Shown: piece by piece, positions 27,754 through 37,385 of the stretch
Position numbering within the stretch: the first letter of the stretch is position 1
Layout: every line of letters starts with the position of its first letter
Source of the DNA: an uncultured virus (IMG/VR IMGVR_UViG_3300035182_002585)
Lineage: Duplodnaviria > Heunggongvirae > Uroviricota > Caudoviricetes
Virus record (IMG/VR): IMGVR_UViG_3300035182_002585
Length of the DNA: 64,000 nucleotides
Direction: 5' to 3' (one strand)
Position numbers and translations under genes: made by a program
The notes under the pieces: generated by a model
Seen by the model: the letters and a program-made list of their open reading frames with translations, nothing else
Told to the model about the DNA's origin: nothing
Databases searched by the model: none

Positions 27754-28344
27754 CTATCCGTCGCACCGCTTCCAGTCAGACACTTCGCGATGACTGTCGC
27801 CCCACACCTCGACAGTGAACTTCGAGAACTGGAGCTTGATCACCACTTCATCGGGCAGAGACGAGAAGCCGATGTCCTGGTCGATGAAGCTGACGAGCGC
27901 GCGATCCCGCACCGTGATGTCGTACGGCCGCTTCATCGAAAGCAGCTCGTCCAGGCGTTCGAGGTAGGTCTTGGGGACGCGGTAGTTCTCCCTGCGGATC
28001 GAACCCATCGACAGGACCGAGCTGATCACGAGGGACAGCCCCACCTTCTTCTCGACCATGAAGGACCCGAGGTGAAGTATCCCCGTCACCCGGTCGATCA
28101 CGAGGATGCTTCGGCTCGATCCCTCCCCGAAGATCCGGTCCCGCGTCTCTCCGAGGAGGGTCTCGTCACCATAGGGGTCGAGCACAAGCCAACACCCGGC
28201 GTTGGGACCCTTGATCTCGAAGTTGAAGAGCTTCGTCTTGTCCGGCGCTTTCGTGTCGACCTTGACGGCTTTCCAGTGCTGATCGGCGAGGTAGACGCGC
28301 TTGATGGTCTTCCCCTCCGCCTTCCGGGGCTCGATGTGCCTCAT
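27754..28344 (-). CDS. Hypothetical protein
   Basis: GGTGTA 9 nt upstream. Confidence 0.65.
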   Translation of the reverse strand: MRHIEPRKAEGKTIKRVYLADQHWKAVKVDTKAPDKTKLFNFEIKGPNAGCWLVLDPYGDETLLGETRDRIFGEGSSRSILVIDRVTGILHLGSFMVEKKVGLSLVISSVLSMGSIRRENYRVPKTYLERLDELLSMKRPYDITVRDRALVSFIDQDIGFSSLPDEVVIKLQFSKFTVEVWGDSHREVSDWKRCDG

Positions 28345-28363
28345 GCCCCTCTCTACACCGGGA

Positions 28364-29650
28364 CTAGAGGGTCTCCAGGTACTTGCCCACCAGTCTCCCG
28401 GCAGCCGCCATGTACTCGGTGGGTGCGTTGATGACCGTCTGCGCCCGCTGGAGGTAGGTCCGCGCGACCTTGTTGATCTCACGGAGCGTGACGGCTTCGT
28501 AGCGTGCGAGAGCCTTCTCCGGGGTCTCGACGCGCCCGTAGAGGAGGTAGTCGTTCGCCAGGTGCTTTGCGACGTGGAGGTTGTTTTCTAGAGCCAGAGA
28601 CACCACGCCTCGCATGTACGACTTCACGGCCGCCAGCTCGGTTGCCGTGACCCCCCGCTGCGCGATCTTCGCCAGCTCTGCGCCGAGGAGAGGGAGGGCC
28701 TTGCTCAGGTTCTCTGCCTCCAGCTCCATCCCGACGTGCATGGCCGACACGTCCGCGTACTCGATCGCCCCCGACCACACGGAGTAGCACAGGCTGTGCT
28801 TTTCCCGGAGGATCGAGAAGAGGCGGGCCGAAGAGTAGCCCCCGAGGACGTACCCGAGCAGAGTGAAGGCCGCCGTCTCCTTGTCGTTCTTCGGGGAAGG
28901 GCCCGCGAACCCGATGCGGATGAACGCGCGCGGCTGCACGGCCTTCTGCACGAGGGTCTGCGCGTGCTTGGGGGGCGGAGGCGTTTCGACGCGACGGCCA
29001 CTCGCCTTCGTGGGCACCTTGAAGGTCGCGTTCAGGCACTTGCGGACCGTTTCTGCCGTGGTCTCTGTGTAGTTGCCCGCGAGAGCGACAGCCACGTGCC
29101 CGCCGATGTAGTGCTGCTTGTAGTGCGAACGCAGGGTCTTCGCATCGACCCCCTGCACGTTCTCTTTGCGCCCCGCGATCGGTCGGCCGAGGGGGTTCGT
29201 ACCGTAGAGGAGCGCTTCGACGCCCACTTCGACCTGATCCCGGTCGTCCACGTCATACATCTGGATCTCATCGCAGACGACGGGGCGCTCCCGGTCGAGG
29301 TCGGCCGCTCGAAGCCGAGGGGTGCAGAGCAGCTCCATCGCCACGTCCGTGCCGATCGCCTGGTACTCCGACGCTACGCGCACCTGAATCGAGGTGGTTT
29401 CGTGGTTGGTGAAGGCGTTGTGCATCCCGCCCTTCGTGTCGATCTCCCGCGAGATGGTCGTTGCGTTCGCGTACTTCCCAGTCCCCTTGAACAGCATGTG
29501 TTCGAGGAGGTGGGAGATGCCGTTCGTCGCCTCGGTCTCGTGTCTCGACCCCACGTGGACCGTCGCGACGACCGCCACCGTCTTCATGGAGGGGTTGCGA
29601 GCGTGGATGATGACGGCGCCGTTGCGGAGAGTCTCGATCTTGATCTTCAT
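28364..29650 (-). CDS. M16 (pitrilysin-family) zinc peptidase
   Basis: GSRHE...GISHLLEHMLFKGT; NAFT; SARLFSILREK. Confidence 0.93.
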   Translation of the reverse strand: MKIKIETLRNGAVIIHARNPSMKTVAVVATVHVGSRHETEATNGISHLLEHMLFKGTGKYANATTISREIDTKGGMHNAFTNHETTSIQVRVASEYQAIGTDVAMELLCTPRLRAADLDRERPVVCDEIQMYDVDDRDQVEVGVEALLYGTNPLGRPIAGRKENVQGVDAKTLRSHYKQHYIGGHVAVALAGNYTETTAETVRKCLNATFKVPTKASGRRVETPPPPKHAQTLVQKAVQPRAFIRIGFAGPSPKNDKETAAFTLLGYVLGGYSSARLFSILREKHSLCYSVWSGAIEYADVSAMHVGMELEAENLSKALPLLGAELAKIAQRGVTATELAAVKSYMRGVVSLALENNLHVAKHLANDYLLYGRVETPEKALARYEAVTLREINKVARTYLQRAQTVINAPTEYMAAAGRLVGKYLETL

Positions 29651-29671
29651 GGGTGCCTGTGGGTACACCGA

Positions 29672-30061
29672 CTATTTGAGAAGACGCAGGCGCTTGAGCA
29701 GGGAGGGCGCCGCAGACCGGCGCATCGGCCAGAAGCCTACAACGGTCAGAGACCCCGCAGTGATCTCCGTTCGTCCGTTGTCCACGACCGTCACATGAGG
29801 GGGACCAAGAGCGGAAGCCTTGGCGAATTCCTTCTCGTCCGCCGCAAGCACGATCTTGGCGTAGTCCGTCGCGTACCACTCCTCTGCGAGCCTTCTCTCC
29901 TTGTCCTTCGCGGCGTCAGGGTTGCGAGACACCTGCTCCATCAAGCGCGTGAGCATCCCGACGGCGTGGCCCACCTGCGCCGCAGTCTTCCCCGTGCCCA
30001 TGCCGAGCGACGTGCGCACGACGAGATACATGACCGGATCGTCTCTGTCTTGCGCTTCCAT
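29672..30061 (-). CDS. pth2: Peptidyl-tRNA hydrolase, Pth2 family
   Basis: YLVVRTSLGMGTGKTAAQVGHA; KIVL; VVDNGRTEI. Confidence 0.9.
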   Translation of the reverse strand: MEAQDRDDPVMYLVVRTSLGMGTGKTAAQVGHAVGMLTRLMEQVSRNPDAAKDKERRLAEEWYATDYAKIVLAADEKEFAKASALGPPHVTVVDNGRTEITAGSLTVVGFWPMRRSAAPSLLKRLRLLK

Positions 30062-30291
30062 CACAGCCCCTTGATCGCTGCGTCGAGCAGAGCTTCGGCG
30101 AAGATCTCGACCGCCTGCCCGCCTCCCGGGACGATCCCGAACCCTTCGCCCCCTTCGGTCGCAGCTCCGCCCGCGATGTCCGTGGCGGCCGCCTTCGCTT
30201 TGACGACAGTGGCGTCGGAGTAGCCGAGGTCCCGCGCCCTCTTGTGGATAGCTTCGTGGAGACGCGTGAGGGGGTAGCTCGTGCTCGACAT
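30061..30291 (-). CDS. Hypothetical protein
   Basis: GGTGTA 10 nt upstream. Confidence 0.55.
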   Translation of the reverse strand: MSSTSYPLTRLHEAIHKRARDLGYSDATVVKAKAAATDIAGGAATEGGEGFGIVPGGGQAVEIFAEALLDAAIKGL

Positions 30292-30308
30292 GCACGAGAG
30301 GTACACCG

Positions 30309-30803
30309 CTACTTGAACCAGAGCACCAGCCGGGCTTCGGTACCCTTGACGTAGTGGGTCTTCTCGATGGTCACCATCATCGCGCACAGAGCCCGCAGCT
30401 CGTACCAGTCGTTCCCGCGCAGCTTCTTGTACTGGTCGGCCGCCTCCAGGACTTCCTTCGAGGTCAGCCAGGTGGCCACCTTCACGTCCGGGTCGATCAC
30501 GTAACCGTCGCGGAAGGGCCGCAGCTTCTTGGCAGCCTTGGGCGCCACGTACCTTTCACCAGGTTCGTCCGTAACGTAGAGCGCGTACTCCCCCGTAGGG
30601 ATGCTCCCCATGTTCCCCGGCACTCCTCGCGGCTTCACGATGGGCGGCGGGCCGTCATCCTCCCGAGGGTCATAGTCGCCCCACGGGTGACATAGGAGCG
30701 CGTGCGAGTCCACCATCGACTCCAGGTAGACGCGTGCGAAGCACCAGACGAGGCTGGAGTGTGGGACGACCAGCTCGACGAACGCCGTTGCCGAGAGGCT
30801 CAC
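30309..30803 (-). CDS. Conserved hypothetical phage protein
   Basis: KPRGVP...TWLT..E...RLVLWF. Confidence 0.65.
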   Translation of the reverse strand: MSLSATAFVELVVPHSSLVWCFARVYLESMVDSHALLCHPWGDYDPREDDGPPPIVKPRGVPGNMGSIPTGEYALYVTDEPGERYVAPKAAKKLRPFRDGYVIDPDVKVATWLTSKEVLEAADQYKKLRGNDWYELRALCAMMVTIEKTHYVKGTEARLVLWFK

Positions 30804-31810
30804 AGGGACGTCCCCCGGCGCACGAAGCCGAGCTTGTCGTAGACCGTTCGGAGGGTCCTCTGCGCCCGTACACGAGCCCGTACGCACCCAGCCTCGACGA
30901 CGGCATCCAGGTAGGAGCGGTCGTCGAGGTACCCCTGCGTCCGCTGGCGAACGGGACCCACGCATGCGACCACCGCATCGGCCGTCTCGACCTTGAGGTG
31001 TCCGTATTGACGCCCCGCGAAATGTTCGACCACCTGCTCGATCGTCCGACCCGTGACCGCCGCGTTGATCTGGAGGAGGTTGCGGACACCGAGCCGGCTT
31101 TCGTCTCCGGTCACCTCGCTGCCCGAGTCGGTGACGGCACGCTTGATTTTCTTCGCGATCACGTCGTCGGAGTCGAGGAGGAAGACCGCTGCGTGCGTGT
31201 CAGGGTCCGACTTGCTCATCTTCTTCGTCGGGTCCTGAAGGCTCATGATGCGGGCCCCGATCTTCGGGACAACCGGGACGGGCACGACGAACACGTCCCC
31301 GATGTGGCGGTTAACCCGTTGGGCGAGGTCTTGCGCGAGTTCGATGTGCTGCTTCTGATCCTCCCCGATCGGCACGTAGTGCGTGCGGTAGAGCAGGATG
31401 TCCGCCGCCATCAGCAGAGGGTAGGCGAAGAGCCCGGCGCCGATGGACTCTTCGGCGGCCAGCTTCGAGGTCTTGTCCTTGAACTGCGTCATGCGCGACA
31501 GCTCACCCATGCCCGCATAGCACGTGAGGACCCACGACAGCTCGGCGTGCTCGGGCACGTGCGACTGCACGAACACGATGGACTTCTCCGGGTCAATCCC
31601 GGCGGCGAGGTACGTCGCGAGCGCGGTGTACGTCTGATCGCGAAGCAGCTTCGGATCCTGTCGGACCGTGATGGCGTGGAGGTCCACTGCGCAGAATAGA
31701 CAGTCGTTGTTGGGGTCCGCCTGCATGTCGACCCACCCTCGGAGGGCGCCGAGGTAGTTGCCGAGGGTCAGGTTGTTCGAGGGCTGGACAGCCGAGAGAA
31801 CAGTTTTCAC
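30800..31810 (-). CDS. trpS: Tryptophanyl-tRNA synthetase
   Basis: TLGNYLGA, VDLHAIT, YPLLMAADILLY, GEDQKQH, KMSKS. Confidence 0.97.
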   Translation of the reverse strand: MKTVLSAVQPSNNLTLGNYLGALRGWVDMQADPNNDCLFCAVDLHAITVRQDPKLLRDQTYTALATYLAAGIDPEKSIVFVQSHVPEHAELSWVLTCYAGMGELSRMTQFKDKTSKLAAEESIGAGLFAYPLLMAADILLYRTHYVPIGEDQKQHIELAQDLAQRVNRHIGDVFVVPVPVVPKIGARIMSLQDPTKKMSKSDPDTHAAVFLLDSDDVIAKKIKRAVTDSGSEVTGDESRLGVRNLLQINAAVTGRTIEQVVEHFAGRQYGHLKVETADAVVACVGPVRQRTQGYLDDRSYLDAVVEAGCVRARVRAQRTLRTVYDKLGFVRRGTSL

Positions 31811-31889
31811 GATGGGGATCTACACCGGCAAATGAATCGAGCCCCCCACCCGCACAGGTAGGGGGCTCGGGGATGGGTCTGACGCTATC

Positions 31890-32939
31890 TCAGATCGGTG
31901 CGCTGACAACGACCCAAAAGTCGCTGGCGAGGCTTGTATCTCCGATGTAGTCGTAGCTGGCCCAGAAGTACCCGCCGATGCCCCAATCCGCACCCCACGA
32001 GTTGCGGACGAGGAAGGCGCCCTTGCTGGTCGACCCGTCTGCACGGGTGATGACCTTGTTGTCGTCGTAGCCGACCAGAGCCACGGCGTGACCACCCTGG
32101 AGCTGCTCCGTCGGCGCGGGGCGCGGGAGCAGGCCCTTCGTGGCCATCTCCGTGCTCATGAAGTAGTCGTAGACGTCGAAGCCGAACCCCACGAGGAAGC
32201 CGCTGGCGAGAGCCGACTTCATCGTCTGGAGGTCACCGTCGGCGATCGCGTGGTACGACGTGACCTTGTGGGTCGCTGCCGTCGTCCAAACGTTGGCCGG
32301 GGGCTTGACCGTGAACTTCGAGACATCGTACGGCCACGAATTCTCGTCGGCGACACCGTAGGTGGCCCCGCACTTGATAGCGTCACGGATCGAGGCGCCC
32401 GAGTCCTCGTTGACGGTCCGTTCGATCGTGCGCGTGCCGTAGTACTCGAAGAGGCGGCTCGCGCGCACGAACACCGCCGGGGGCGTCGGTGCAGGAGTGG
32501 GGGCCGGCGTCGGGGCCGGCGTCGGTGCAGGAGTGGGGGCCGGCGTCGGGGCCGGCGTCGGGGCCGGGGTCACCGTCGCTGTGAACGAGACGACACCCTT
32601 TGCATCGACCGTGACGTTCGAGGCCGTGACGATCGGAAGGGCCGCCGCTGCTGCGGCTACGGTCGCCGCTGCTGCTGCACCGAGCTTCGAGGGCTTGAGG
32701 CGCTTGATCTCGTTCGCCTCGACGAGAGCCGCGAACATGTGCGCCGTGCATGACCCCAGGTTCCCCTGGTCTTCGACTGCACTGCAAATCGACCGGTTGT
32801 CGACCGATGTGGGGATCGCGAGGAAGCTGCCGTGCAGCTTGATCTTGTACGCCTCGTCGCGGACGTCGACCGACTGACGCTTCCACGCACCAAGGTGGAC
32901 TTGACGAGGACCATGAGGATGTTGAAGGGTCTTGAGCAT
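31890..32939 (-). CDS. Papain-like (C1A) cysteine peptidase with an Ala/Pro-Thr insertion
   Basis: QGNLGSCT, GGHAV, RNSWG; (PTPA)n insert. Confidence 0.92.
   Translation of the reverse strand: MLKTLQHPHGPRQVHLGAWKRQSVDVRDEAYKIKLHGSFLAIPTSVDNRSICSAVEDQGNLGSCTAHMFAALVEANEIKRLKPSKLGAAAAATVAAAAAALPIVTASNVTVDAKGVVSFTATVTPAPTPAPTPAPTPAPTPAPTPAPTPAPTPPAVFVRASRLFEYYGTRTIERTVNEDSGASIRDAIKCGATYGVADENSWPYDVSKFTVKPPANVWTTAATHKVTSYHAIADGDLQTMKSALASGFLVGFGFDVYDYFMSTEMATKGLLPRPAPTEQLQGGHAVALVGYDDNKVITRADGSTSKGAFLVRNSWGADWGIGGYFWASYDYIGDTSLASDFWVVVSAPI
32483..32570. repeat. 12-bp coding repeats (PTPA)n
   Basis: ggggccggcgtc and ggtgcaggagtg units. Confidence 0.85.
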
Positions 32940-33005
32940 ACCCCGGGTGGGCGATAAAAAGCCTACTCACCGGGTGTACAGGGTTCGTAACTCTTGACCT
33001 AAAAC

Positions 33006-33386
33006 TTACACCACACAGAGTCCACGATGAAAACGTGAACAGGCCCACGGCGTGCGAGGGGTCGAAGTGCCGCACCCCCTGTCCGTCGTGCGAGACCGCC
33101 AGGCACTTCTCCAGGTTCTCGTAGCTCTTCTCATCGTTCGCTCCCCGCCAGCGTCCGAAGACCTCCTCCACGGAGGTCGAGGTGACGACGGGCTGGCCCG
33201 ACTGCGCGCAGTGGAAGAGGTTGGAGAGGAGCTTGAGTACGGTGGTCTTGCCCGACCCGTTTTCCCCCACAGGACGTTGAGCCCGGGCTTGAACTCGAAC
33301 TTGCGGGGTCCCGCAAGGGCGGGGACCTTGCTCCACCAGGAAATGGGGACGCTTGTGGGGTCGAGGATGTCGAGGGAGTGGATCAT
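33006..33386 (-). pseudogene. Frameshifted, truncated ABC/AAA_21-type ATPase
   Basis: FKPGLNVLWG, then Walker A (G)ENGSGKTT in another frame (G5 run near 33264); plausible homology ends near 33040. Confidence 0.7.
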
Positions 33387-33425
33387 GCTGTGCTTTCACT
33401 ACCGCGCGAGGCGGGGGCCGATCCA

Positions 33426-33821
33426 TCACCCGATGAGGTGGGGTTCCTTGGCGGCTTCGTAGGTCGACTTCGCAAGGTCCTCGTTCTTGGCCTCGAAGAC
33501 CATCTCGTACGTCCCGAGCCCCGTGAGGGAGAGCGGGTAGACGGTCGAACCGAGGAGGTCTTCGAGGTCCTCGACCGACTTGAACGAGAACACGCGGGGC
33601 CGCAGCGTGAGCCAGTAGATGACCGCTCCCGTCGAGTGCCCGAGGCTCGTCCCGTGAGCCCGGTTGTAGCCGCCTTCGAAGTAGCGGACGCCCTCCACGA
33701 GATCCTCGAAACCGTGCACCATCGGACGGTCTTTCGAGCCCGTCGCCTTGACGTAGTACTTCCCCTCGACGTGGAACATCGCAGCGGCAGTCGGGGTGGC
33801 CGGGTCCTTCTTCTTGCTCAT
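33426..33821 (-). CDS. Hypothetical protein
   Basis: GGTGTA 9 nt upstream. Confidence 0.65.
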   Translation of the reverse strand: MSKKKDPATPTAAAMFHVEGKYYVKATGSKDRPMVHGFEDLVEGVRYFEGGYNRAHGTSLGHSTGAVIYWLTLRPRVFSFKSVEDLEDLLGSTVYPLSLTGLGTYEMVFEAKNEDLAKSTYEAAKEPHLIG

Positions 33822-33829
33822 GCCCTTGC

Positions 33830-34432
33830 TTACACCGGTTCTGGGGGATCGAACCCGTAGTCCGGCGCGTTCTTCTTGAGCCACGCGAACGCCCGTCGAA
33901 CCGCCCCTGCGTGTGACAGCTCGGTCCACGTGACGGGGGGCGGCCATTCCCCACCCACACGAGCAAGCAGGGCCTCCCGGTCCTTGGGCTTCCAGTGGGT
34001 GAAGTCGTGCAGGCCGCAGTGGTAGAAGTCTTCCGCGAGCCCACCCTCCCCGATGTAGAAGGTTGCGAACCGCGTCGCCGGGCGGGGGCACAGGCTTCCA
34101 CGCCGGTAGTCGCGGAAGATGCACCGGGGCTCCAAGTGGTCCAGCAGGTCCACCACAGCCGGAGCGTCCAGAGAGGGCCCCTCCACCAGCGGGCGGATGT
34201 GCACGGAGGATGCCCCGATCTCGATCGTCCCGATAGCCGGCGGCGGGGGATACGACCCGCAGTAGGAGGAGAACCACAGGGAGGGCACCCCCTCTCGGAG
34301 GCGCTCGCCGGCTCCGTACAGCTCCCGGTAGAGCCCGGAGGTGGTGACCTCCCCCTCGGTGGCCTCCCCCCGGTCATAGGCGGCGAGAAGAGCCCGGAGA
34401 CGGGCCACAGAGGGAGGGTCGGGGTTGCTCAC
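33830..34432 (-). CDS. Hypothetical protein
   Basis: GGTGTA 10 nt upstream; ORF ends GTG TAA. Confidence 0.6.
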   Translation of the reverse strand: MSNPDPPSVARLRALLAAYDRGEATEGEVTTSGLYRELYGAGERLREGVPSLWFSSYCGSYPPPPAIGTIEIGASSVHIRPLVEGPSLDAPAVVDLLDHLEPRCIFRDYRRGSLCPRPATRFATFYIGEGGLAEDFYHCGLHDFTHWKPKDREALLARVGGEWPPPVTWTELSHAGAVRRAFAWLKKNAPDYGFDPPEPV

Positions 34433-34483
34433 CCTCTTCCGGTACACCAGAGCTGGCAGATCCTTCGATGGCAGACCCCTGGT

Positions 34484-35701
34484 ATGGCTCCGATCCCGGA
34501 AGATCCCCGTTGGAAGGTCTTTTCTGCGGCCACCCCCGCGACTGAGGCCGAGTTCCTCGGGACTTTCGCGCGTCGTCGTGCGGCGGATGACTCCGGATCG
34601 TGGCTGAGCGAGGCCCCGTCGCCGTCCTTCGGCGGCAACACGTGGTGGTCGCCGAACTCCTGGCTTGCGATCGCGCTCTTCAAGCGAGCCATCGCGGGAG
34701 GCCCGGCAGTCCGCGTCGGCGCTTGGGAGGGCAACCTCGTCGTCCCCTCGTCCGGCATGGTGGATGCCATCGAGCGGATCTTCCAGGTTCGTCGCGTCAA
34801 GATCGCGGGCGGCGACCGTCGTGGCAACGGCAACTTTGTGTTCGCGTCGGACACGACGATGATCGACCTCGACGTGCGGTCGAAGGGCCAGTTCGCTGAC
34901 GTGCAGTTCGTCACGGTGGACGAGTCTCTCGTCGAGAAGGCGGCGGCGTTCTTCAACCGGTGCGTCGTCCCAGACGATCCCAAGCGTGGGAACGTGTATG
35001 CGCTCGCGAAGGGGATGCAGGGGTACAACGTGACCCGCATCGGCGCTGCGGGCTCTCCCATCGAACGCGGGAACTACGCCCCGGACACGCTTCGGGACTA
35101 CGACCACATCGTCGAGGAGCTGGCCACGGAGAGCCCCTGTGGCCGTCTGATGATCCTTTCGGGTGTCCCCGGAAGCGGCAAGACGTACCTCGTGCGCTCC
35201 CTGCTCGGCGCTTCCCCGCGGTCGGCCTTCATCGTCGTCCCGCCCCATCTCGTGTCCGATCTCGGTGGGCCCGAGATCCTCCCGGCGCTCACCAACGCGC
35301 GGTCGGAGTACGACGGCAACGTGGTTCTCGTCATCGAGGACGCCGACGAGGTTCTCGTGCAGCGCGATCGCGGCAACATGTCAAGCATCTCGTCGATGCT
35401 GAACCTCGGTGACGGCATCCTCGGCTCGACGCTCGACATCCGCATCCTCGCGACGACGAACGCGAAGACCATCGAAATGGACGCGGCCACGCAGCGCCCT
35501 GGCCGTCTCTGCCGGCACCTCGAAGTGGGGGCGCTCCCGGCCACCTACGCCACGAAGGCGCTCCAGCGTCTCGTCCCCGGGACGACGGAGAGCTTCAAGG
35601 ACGAGACGACAATCGCAGAGGTCTACCAGAAGGCTCGCGGCCTTGGGTGGAAGGCCCCGCCCGTCGACAAGGGCATCGTCCAGCGTCCCGAGCTGCTCTA
35701 G
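34484..35701 (+). CDS. AAA+ ATPase
   Basis: GVPGSGKT, LVIEDAD, LNLGDG, ATTN, RPGR. Confidence 0.9.
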   Translation: MAPIPEDPRWKVFSAATPATEAEFLGTFARRRAADDSGSWLSEAPSPSFGGNTWWSPNSWLAIALFKRAIAGGPAVRVGAWEGNLVVPSSGMVDAIERIFQVRRVKIAGGDRRGNGNFVFASDTTMIDLDVRSKGQFADVQFVTVDESLVEKAAAFFNRCVVPDDPKRGNVYALAKGMQGYNVTRIGAAGSPIERGNYAPDTLRDYDHIVEELATESPCGRLMILSGVPGSGKTYLVRSLLGASPRSAFIVVPPHLVSDLGGPEILPALTNARSEYDGNVVLVIEDADEVLVQRDRGNMSSISSMLNLGDGILGSTLDIRILATTNAKTIEMDAATQRPGRLCRHLEVGALPATYATKALQRLVPGTTESFKDETTIAEVYQKARGLGWKAPPVDKGIVQRPELL

Positions 35702-36123
35702 CCAGCTCGGGTACGGCTCTTCTTCTTGGGGTTTGCCACCTTTTTGGCCACTGCTTTCTTCTTCGGGAGCGGTGGCGCGGCCATCTTCGGGGGCGGCGGC
35801 GACGGTGCGGCCGGGGGGACCGGCTTCGTGATGCGGCCTCCGACGGCGACGAGCGCGAACTTGCTCCTCTCGAAGTCCGGGACGTTCCAGCCCGTGCGGC
35901 GCGCTGCATCCGGGCCGTTGTCGACACGGAGGATCTCGAAGCCGACCGGACCGCCGTAGCGACGCGGCTTCGTGAGCTTCACGAGAACAGCCCCGAGGGC
36001 CTCGTTCCCGCCGTCTCCCGTCATGAACTCGACGATGTTGCCGACGAGTGACCGCAGTTCGGGGATCTCTTGCGCGTGTCGGGGAGTGAGAACGACATAG
36101 TGCTGAGGGTAGAACTGGTCCAT
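35698..36123 (-). CDS. Hypothetical protein with a Lys/Pro tail
   Basis: GGTGTA 11 nt upstream. Confidence 0.6.
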   Translation of the reverse strand: MDQFYPQHYVVLTPRHAQEIPELRSLVGNIVEFMTGDGGNEALGAVLVKLTKPRRYGGPVGFEILRVDNGPDAARRTGWNVPDFERSKFALVAVGGRITKPVPPAAPSPPPPKMAAPPLPKKKAVAKKVANPKKKSRTRAG

Positions 36124-36145
36124 GTCCCGCCTTCTACACCGCTGG

Positions 36146-36412
36146 TCAGTGAAGCACACGATCGTCAGAGAGGTCCCCCGGGTCGAAGATGGGGTGCACC
36201 TCGTAGAACGTGGCCTCCGCCTTGTTCCACGCACGGATGCCCTCCATTGCAGCCTCCGCAGCTTCTCGGCTGTCCCGCTCTAGGCGGACGAAGCCCCGTC
36301 TGGTCCGGCGGTCGAAGCACCAGCGCGGGCCCCCGTACTGCGAGCCCGTGTACCAAATGCCCCAACGGATGCCCTCGATACCGGGGGCGCAGTATGCGTA
36401 CCGGGACCCCAA
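36146..36412 (-). CDS. Hypothetical protein
   Basis: TTG start; protein-like frame. Confidence 0.45.
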   Translation of the reverse strand: MGSRYAYCAPGIEGIRWGIWYTGSQYGGPRWCFDRRTRRGFVRLERDSREAAEAAMEGIRAWNKAEATFYEVHPIFDPGDLSDDRVLH

Positions 36413-36420
36413 CGTGCCCC

Positions 36421-36771
36421 CTAGCCGGCCTTCTCGGCGGTGCCCCCACAAGCACTGCAAGCCGTCCCGATGTTCTTCGCGTGGGAAGCCACCCAATCGA
36501 AGCCACCCCCCTTGCACACAGGGCATGGGTCCTGTGCAGGGGCCAGGTTGAACTCGCGCCATCCGTAGGCGGCCATGCAAGGGTCACCTATGTGATCGAC
36601 CCAATAGACATCACCTCCGTGTCCTCCCACGACGCCGCAGATCACCCCGATCGCGTCCGGCTTGCGGACCTCCAGATGCTTCTCGCGGACGAACCACCCA
36701 CCCGTTGACAGCAACATCGAGCAGGTCTGCACCCGGGTGTTCTGCGGGAGGATGGCTTCGGGTTCGTTCAC
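36421..36771 (-). CDS. Protein with a DnaJ-type CxxCxGxG Zn finger
   Basis: CPVCKGGG...CSACGGTA. Confidence 0.6.
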   Translation of the reverse strand: MNEPEAILPQNTRVQTCSMLLSTGGWFVREKHLEVRKPDAIGVICGVVGGHGGDVYWVDHIGDPCMAAYGWREFNLAPAQDPCPVCKGGGFDWVASHAKNIGTACSACGGTAEKAG

Positions 36772-36989
36772 GGCGCCTTCTCCAGGGCCTCGACGGCCTT
36801 CAGAAAGAGGGCGCTCATCAGAAGAGCCGCAACGATCGCACACGTGAACCAGATCCACGCAGGGATCGCATAGCTCCGTCCCGCCGCCCCGCCGAGGAAG
36901 AGCATGGTGAAGAGGGCCGCAAGGCGAGTCTTTGCGAGCCCCCTCGCAGCCAGGGCCTTGTAGTCCACGGGAGGCTTCGGATCCTGCAT
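36768..36989 (-). CDS. Small membrane protein
   Basis: Two TM segments; GGTGTA 10 nt upstream. Confidence 0.6.
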   Translation of the reverse strand: MQDPKPPVDYKALAARGLAKTRLAALFTMLFLGGAAGRSYAIPAWIWFTCAIVAALLMSALFLKAVEALEKAP

Positions 36990-37030
36990 GCCCCTGGTCT
37001 ACACCACGGCAGCACGGTGTACAAAAGGCC

Positions 37031-37384
37031 ATGCAGCGAAAGGGCTTCGAGTACCGCGTCCTCGCCGACGTGCTCCTGACGAAGGAAGAGCACGCGATCC
37101 TGATGCAGCGGTCGTCCACCCACTACGACACGTACTGCAAGTCGATTTCGTCTCCCGGGCGTGGCAGCTTCCTCTACGGGTGGGGGGCACACTTCAACGA
37201 CGGAAAGGCCGAAGACGTCTTCCAAGCCACGTTCGACCAGCTCGACACACTGGCCAAGCTCACCGAAATGGTTCTCGATGACGAACCGGACGCCGAGAAG
37301 GCCGCTGCCATGCACTGGGAGATCCGCCGTATCATGCGCGACATCAACGACGAGGGGCGACGACTGAACCCGAAGGACACCTGA
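37031..37384 (+). CDS. Hypothetical protein
   Basis: GGTGTA at 37016-37021. Confidence 0.65.
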   Translation: MQRKGFEYRVLADVLLTKEEHAILMQRSSTHYDTYCKSISSPGRGSFLYGWGAHFNDGKAEDVFQATFDQLDTLAKLTEMVLDDEPDAEKAAAMHWEIRRIMRDINDEGRRLNPKDT

Positions 37385-37385
37385 G

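Noticed and set aside
33258..33272. Programmed -1 frameshift at GGGGGAAAA
   Set aside because: Not in X XXY YYZ phase and the gene is truncated downstream anyway; a homopolymer slip or error is simpler
33840..33870. tRNA (GGTTCGATCCC T-loop-like, minus strand)
   Set aside because: Lies in the coding tail of 33830-34432, and no cloverleaf can be built
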